Positions 57,384-64,000 of a stretch of 64,000 nucleotides of DNA are shown here, piece by piece. The stretch's first letter is position 1. Each line of letters opens with the position of its first letter. The notes beneath the pieces were generated by a model. The model was not told the DNA's origin. It made no database searches and worked only from the letters and a program-made list of their open reading frames with translations. Where the stretch lies: assembly GCA_951406725.2 (NCBI GenBank), contig OX597831.1, positions 33,170,001 through 33,234,000 of the forward strand. Reading direction: 5' to 3'. Made by a program: the position numbers and the translations under genes. This stretch comes from Octopus vulgaris. Taxonomy: Eukaryota.

Positions 57384-57429
57384 TGTCAAAATATTTTCGT
57401 CGCTAAAATCCGCGACCTTTTCACTGACA
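57384..57429 (-). ncRNA. Hammerhead-like fold with variant core GUGAAAA
   Basis: UGUCA-GUGAAAA-G-GUCGC...GCGAC-GAAA-AUAU-UU-UGACA. All three stems are good; the core is non-canonical. Confidence 0.45.
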
Positions 57430-57503
57430 AAAATCCGTGCTGCATCAGATGTTATGTCATGATTTGTATTAAAAAACAACCTATAAATGATTTTCTGATT
57501 ATT

Positions 57504-57547
<44 letters not shown>

Positions 57548-57649
57548 GGAGTAAACACATAAATGTGAAACAAGGTGGAAAAAAGAGTACTCAAATACCA
57601 GTGGTAGAGTAATATGCTTTATTTTAAGCAGCAGAAAATTCAACAAAAT

Positions 57650-57687
57650 CTGTTACTCTGAGTTTCTCGTTGCCGTTCATCAGACAG
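57650..57687 (-). ncRNA. Type I hammerhead ribozyme
   Basis: Mirror image of 57711-57748. Confidence 0.75.
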
Positions 57688-57710
57688 TTTTTGCTAGATT
57701 CTAGCAAAAA

Positions 57711-57748
57711 CTGTCTGATGAACGGCAACGAGAAACTCAGAGTAACAG
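57711..57748 (+). ncRNA. Type I hammerhead ribozyme
   Basis: CUGU-CUGAUGA-ACG-GCAA-CGA-GAAA-CUC-A-GAG-UA-ACAG. A partial relative lies at ~26175-26290. Confidence 0.75.
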
Positions 57749-57780
57749 ATTTTGTTGAATTTTCTGCTGCTTAAAATAAA

Positions 57781-57827
<47 letters not shown>

Positions 57828-58830
57828 TTACAACATACACAGACCAGAATTGAACCACTAGCTCCATAAAGCTCCCCAGGTAAATCAAAGTAGTGGGCCC
57901 CTTAATATCTATTTATCGGCAATAAACCACTCTATATATGGACCAGACTGGGTCATTAGTCCGTGATGACCTCAAGACATTAAAACACTGGGCCCTACCG
58001 TACTTATTTATCAACAGTAAACCAAAGCATACGTTGCTCAGAACTGGACCCCCAAACCCATGAGATTCCCGAGCAAATCAATGCACATGCCCCTATAGTA
58101 TTTCATTATCGACAATAAACCACACCCTAAATAGATCTTAATTTTGCCCTCTGGATGAATGAGGTTCCAGGCAACAGCCTGCCATACCATAATACAGCAC
58201 TGTTCCAGACTCGATAAATAAAGTACCAGCCAAGTTCTGAGGACAATTATATTGACTATTATTCTCGCCTCAAAATCATTATTATGCAGGACGCTATCAC
58301 TTTCGGCCATATCAGTGGCAAGTTAAGTGTGATACATTTAAATATGATTTTATTTTATAGTTTCGGTCACGTCATCCGACGCTACGTGTTGAAACTGAGC
58401 CAGTTACACTTTCGCAAATCGAATCTGTGAGTGACCAGATCGTTGCCGTATGGCGAGAACTTAGCGACTTCATGAAACGAATGAAAAAGAAAATGTAGGA
58501 ATATAGTATGTTTTGTGTAGTTTAGATGGCGGAAATATTTATTGCTGCATTTTATGTAATATACGCACACATACAGACACACACACAAATATATCTGTGT
58601 GTGTGATTATACAAAGATATATATGCAGCTATTTGTATATATGTCTGCCTATGTATGCATCTGCGTGGATAAGTAATACCCATAGGTCCTACAAAGAGAT
58701 ATGAATATTCCTCTCGCTCCCCCTCGCACCTTCCCCCTCTGCTTTCTTTCTCTCTACTTTAAATACATATGTGTGACTGCGTGCATACGCATGCAAATAT
58801 ATGCACATATACATACAGTTGTATGTTTTA

Positions 58831-58874
<44 letters not shown>

Positions 58875-59192
58875 ATATATCCATATATATATATATACAA
58901 AATATGAATATATATACACACATCCGCGCATATATATATATATATATATATGCATATATATGCATATATATGCGTATGTATGTATACATTTATGGAGATC
59001 AGTATGAACACATGTACGCATACATAGGAGTATGTGTTGGTATGTTAAATGTAAGGATGTCTCCTTATAAATACATATACGTTTGTAAAAACCTATATAT
59101 AAATATATATGTATATATGTATAATGTATTTATATCTATATATCTATATACAGACATACGCGCACACACACACATACATATATATACATATG

Positions 59193-59223
<31 letters not shown>

Positions 59224-59252
59224 GCGTATATATATATACGCATATATATATA

Positions 59253-59322
<70 letters not shown>

Positions 59323-59400
59323 CATGTATAATGTATTTCTATATATATCTATATACAGACATATGCACACACACACACACATACATATATATATATATGC

Positions 59401-59472
<72 letters not shown>

Positions 59473-60789
59473 GCAACTTTGTACATATGTGTGTGTCTAA
59501 GAATGACAGGGTTTTATTGAAGTTTCATATATTTAATATTCCAAAGAGAAATTTATTTAAAGTAAAGTAAAAATAAACATAGAATAAAATATAAGTTTAA
59601 AAAAAAAACATGTGACGTCACTTCATCAGTGGCGTTTGATGTCCTTAATGAAAAGAAAGCTAATAAGAAACGTGTAGGATGATATTCATACATATCCACA
59701 CATATACATATAACCATATATATATATATATATATATATACAAACATACATACATACACATACACATATAGGTATATGCATACATTATAATATATATATA
59801 TATTTCTTTATATATAAGAGTATGCATAGGTGTATATATCTATGTATATGTATGTATATATATCAATAAATATTATATATATATTTGTATATATACACAT
59901 AAATGTGCATGTGTATATATCAATTTGTTTTCATTTCACCTTTTCTTTCTATATTCTCACCCGTCACCCTCTTTCTTTCCTTCTCTCTTTCCCCTTATTT
60001 CTTTTTTTCTTTTGGAAAAGCAGGTGCAACCATGTGGAATGTGACACCTAAACGTGCTGCACTCATATTTGTGCATTAATAAACACACACTTCTTATGCA
60101 TATATGTGCATACATATATATGTGCACATATATATATATATGTAGCTTTATACTTCTTTACGTCCGTATACTTCGAGAAAGAGTAAAGGAAATACATATA
60201 TATATATATTTATATATACATACATATATATAATATATATGTGTGTGTGTGTTTGTGTATATATGGGTGTATATGTAAATATGTTATTACGACGTGTATA
60301 TACTTTTTTTAGGTTATGTAATATAGTTGAAAGATAGACATCTAATTTAATAAGCAAATTGATGCCATGCAAAGAAACGCATGTGTCTATACAAACACGC
60401 ACAATACGCGCGCGCACACGCACACTCACAAACACACAGACACAGACTCACACACACATTATGTATATCTTATATACATATAATATATATATATATATAT
60501 ATATCTATATATATATATATATACATATATCATATATAAATATATGCATATATTTAAATATATATATTTGCATATATGTATGTATGTATGTATGTATGCA
60601 TATATATCTATCAATACATATATACATACACTGTTGCTGTATATGTGCGGATGTATATACTTGAATAATGTACAGTATATAGTCAGAAATATGCTGTTGT
60701 AATAACCTATCGCTCATTCTGACCTCCTGTTCTCCTTTTTACATTCATGCATGCATATATGCGTGTAGATACGCGTAGATAGATAGATG

Positions 60790-60856
<67 letters not shown>

Positions 60857-60864
60857 TGATAGAT

Positions 60865-61263
<399 letters not shown>

Positions 61264-61265
<2 letters not shown>

Positions 61266-62053
61266 GTTTCTCTATTAGCCACACAAGGCCGAACATATGG
61301 GGACAAAATACAATGTAGAGCTTTTCTTTTCGAAAATAGAAGAAAAGGCGAAAAGTAAAATTCCGATCAAACGGAATCGTGAAAAAAAAAACGATCAAAA
61401 GGGATCGTGTACCACAGAAAATATTAAAAATGTAAAAAGCAAGATTAGGTTTATACGTGGAAAGAAAAGCCTACGGAAAAAAAACCACAGTTACCTCAGG
61501 CAGGGAGGGAATAAACACATGAGAGCAAAGTGCTCTCTCTCTTTTTTCGATTTACAGGATCATGCTCAAAGTGGTTTCGTCACTCGCACGCACCATCTTT
61601 GCAACATTCACCCACCTTTCTTTGAAACATATACGAGACAAAACCTGCCTCTCCATTCTCACCTTCCTTTTCAAGTGGTACTTGAAAAAGTTGATGAGCG
61701 ATTGGCCAGAAAGGTAAGTGTTGGTCTCTAATCCTTTCACTCGAGAGCACCACGCACATTCTGTCACCATGGCCACTAGTACGATGGAGACTGCCTTGCC
61801 TTCCCGGTGAAGGGAAAGTGGCGGAGCAAAATTTTACGATAGAGTCGGCCGACAAGCGAACTCGTCCCACACGTGATAGCAGCCGTTCGGCATAAGCCCA
61901 CAGGTCCGAAATGGTTGGACACTGCACGAGCGCGTGCAGAACGGTTTCATCGCTCTGACCGCATCTCGGGCAAGTCGGTCCGGTGTGTCTCGAACCGTGC
62001 CTGTAGAGCTTATCCCGAACGGGTAATGCATCTTGATAGCATTGCCAGGCCAG
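61264..62053 (-). mobile_element. Tx1/L1-clade LINE 3' end with ORF2 zinc knuckle, in (GATA)n
   Basis: LAWQCYQDALPVRDKLYRHG...TCPRCGQSDETVLHALVQC (CCHC); 5' junction runs directly into GATA. Confidence 0.92.
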
Positions 62054-62068
62054 ATAGATAGATAGATC

Positions 62069-62154
<86 letters not shown>

Positions 62155-62235
62155 GGGTAGACAGATAGAGGGATAGATAGACCGAGGGGTAGATAGATTG
62201 AGAGGGAAAGAGAGACAGATAGTTAGATAGACGGA

Positions 62236-64000
62236 TATGTTTCTTTATTGGCCACACTGGGCTGAACACAGTGGGGACAAAATACGAAGTAGAGCTTTTC
62301 TTTTTAGGAAGAAGGAAAAAAGAAAAGGGGTATAATTTCGATCAAAAGGGATTGTGAAAACAAAAGGCCGATCAATAGGGATCGTGTATCACAGAAATGT
62401 CACAATGCAAAAGGGGAAACAGATTAGGTTTATCTGTGGAAAGAAAAGCCTACGGAAAAGACCACGGTAACCTTGGGCAATAATGTCATGCAAAAAAACA
62501 CATTACGGTAAGTGACTCTCTTTTTGCCTTTTTTTTTTTGGTTCATAGGATTATGCTCAAGGTGATTCCGTCATTCACACGTGCCATCCTTGCTACATTC
62601 ACCCATCTGTTTTTGAAACATTCACTAGACAAAACTTCCCTCTCTACTCTCACCTTCCTCTTCAAGAAGTTGATGAGAGATTCACCAGAGAGGAAAGTGT
62701 TTGTCTCTAGAACTTTCAGATGCGTCCACTATACACATTCTGTCGCCATAGCCACAAGTACGTTGAAAATGGCACTTCCTTCCTGTTTGAAGGAAGGAGG
62801 CACGACAATATTCACGATAGACTCGGTTGACAAACCGACTCGTCCCACACGCGATAGCAGTCTTTCGACATAGGCCTACGGGTCGGAAATGGTTGGACAC
62901 TGCATGAACGCGTGCAGAACGGTTTCGTCACTCTGACCGCATCACAGGCAAGTCGGCCCCGTGTTTCTTGAGCCATGCCTGTAGAGCTTATCTCGAACGG
63001 GTAGCGCTTCTCGATAGCACTGCCAGGCCAGGGATCTCTGGAAGTTGTCCATAGGTCCCGCCCTGAAAGTCATTTTGAACAGGCGTGTCAGGTATTCCTC
63101 GTCGACGTCCAGGTTCGCCCCAAGATCGTCGTCGTACCTTCCCTCCACTAATCCCCTATAGAATGCTTTGGTTGTGCTGAAGTCGCTCAAGGTCGACCCG
63201 GGACGGCATAGTTGCTCGAGAGCAACGCGACACCCGCGGTGCCATTCGCCCTTCCTCGGCCTCTTTTTGATCCACGACTGCAGTTCGGTCATGGAGACGA
63301 GCTGCAGTAAAGCGTGCCTCACAAACGGCGACAACACCTGTTCACCGTCGCCCACGTAGAGCCTGAGATGTCGAAGTCTCAGCGCGTGTCTGCGCATCAT
63401 CAACCACGACATGCCCAGCCCACCTTTTAACGGGTGTTGGCAGCAAACGGATGGCTTGACCATCGGAACGCATCTTTTCCACAAGAAGTGGAAGAGAATG
63501 CATTCCAGTTTGGTGATGGTAGGGTCAGGACAAGATACATCGGTCAGGCGGAAGTAGATGACGGACGCAATGTACATGTTCGCCACCTCCGCCCGACGTT
63601 TTAGGGACAGCTTCCTCTCGGCCCATAGCCGGGTGAGAGTGACCACCCTACTCGTATTCTCGTTCCAGTTCTCCGTTTTGAGGTTCGGAGCAAACCAGAC
63701 CACATGCAATTCGACCGGGCTGTCGGTTCAGCGTCCCACAACGGAGGCGCTGGTAGACGGCATGGATTTGCTTCGGAAAATGGGACCGAAACCAGCCGCT
63801 ATCAGCCTCCAAGTATCGAAAGCTTTGTATTGATCCAAATTGATCAGGATCCTACTCATGCCAGTTTCCTTAACTACCCTGTCTACGATGTAGCGCATCA
63901 GATGGAGGTTGTCATGGGTACTCCGACCCGGCACGGCGCACGTTTGCGCCTTTTCGACCGGTTTCTCGATGACAAGCCCTAGCCTCTTGGCTAACACCTT
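62236..64000 (-). mobile_element. Tx1/L1-clade LINE ORF2 (RT start, deleted RT core, C-terminal region) plus 3' UTR; runs off the window
   Basis: LAKRL..VI....QTCAVPGRSTHDNLHLMR...LINLDQYKAFD; WAERKLSLKRRA; GGLGM; CCHC region. The YADD segment is missing and stops are present, so the copy is non-functional. Confidence 0.92.

Larger units (their letters stand above)
57617..57781. repeat. Perfect 165-bp palindrome with a hammerhead on each strand
   Basis: 82-bp arms centred on 57699. Confidence 0.95.

Noticed and set aside
59614-59621. CRE palindrome TGACGTCA
   Set aside because: A single 8-mer is expected by chance in 64 kb, and no associated gene is visible.
62942-63709. 255-aa ORF as a cellular gene or active ORF2
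   Set aside because: It is a fragment of a Tx1-like ORF2 with the RT core deleted and flanking stops.

Overview
AT-rich, microsatellite-saturated eukaryotic DNA with no recognisable cellular gene. The SINE families and repeat make-up suggest an octopus or other coleoid cephalopod (inference). Nearly all ORFs in the track are microsatellite translations. The real content is a dense, nested set of transposable elements: a CR1/L2-group LINE 3' fragment, mariner remnants, a hAT MITE, RTE fragments, Tx1/L1-clade LINE copies and about 35 copies or fragments of four tRNA-derived SINE types (my labels A-D). The main signals are: (1) five Tx1-like copies, all in (GATA)n tracts in the same orientation; (2) about 17 type-I hammerhead ribozyme motifs from roughly a dozen short Penelope-like families, mostly in (TA)n, several within long inverted repeats and one family showing compensatory stem changes; (3) an element with a tRNA-like Pol III head fused to a hammerhead-bearing tail; (4) two SINE-LINE pairs with shared 3' tails; (5) a second retroelement found only in (TAA)n. 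All folds and alignments were done by eye, and boundaries are approximate.
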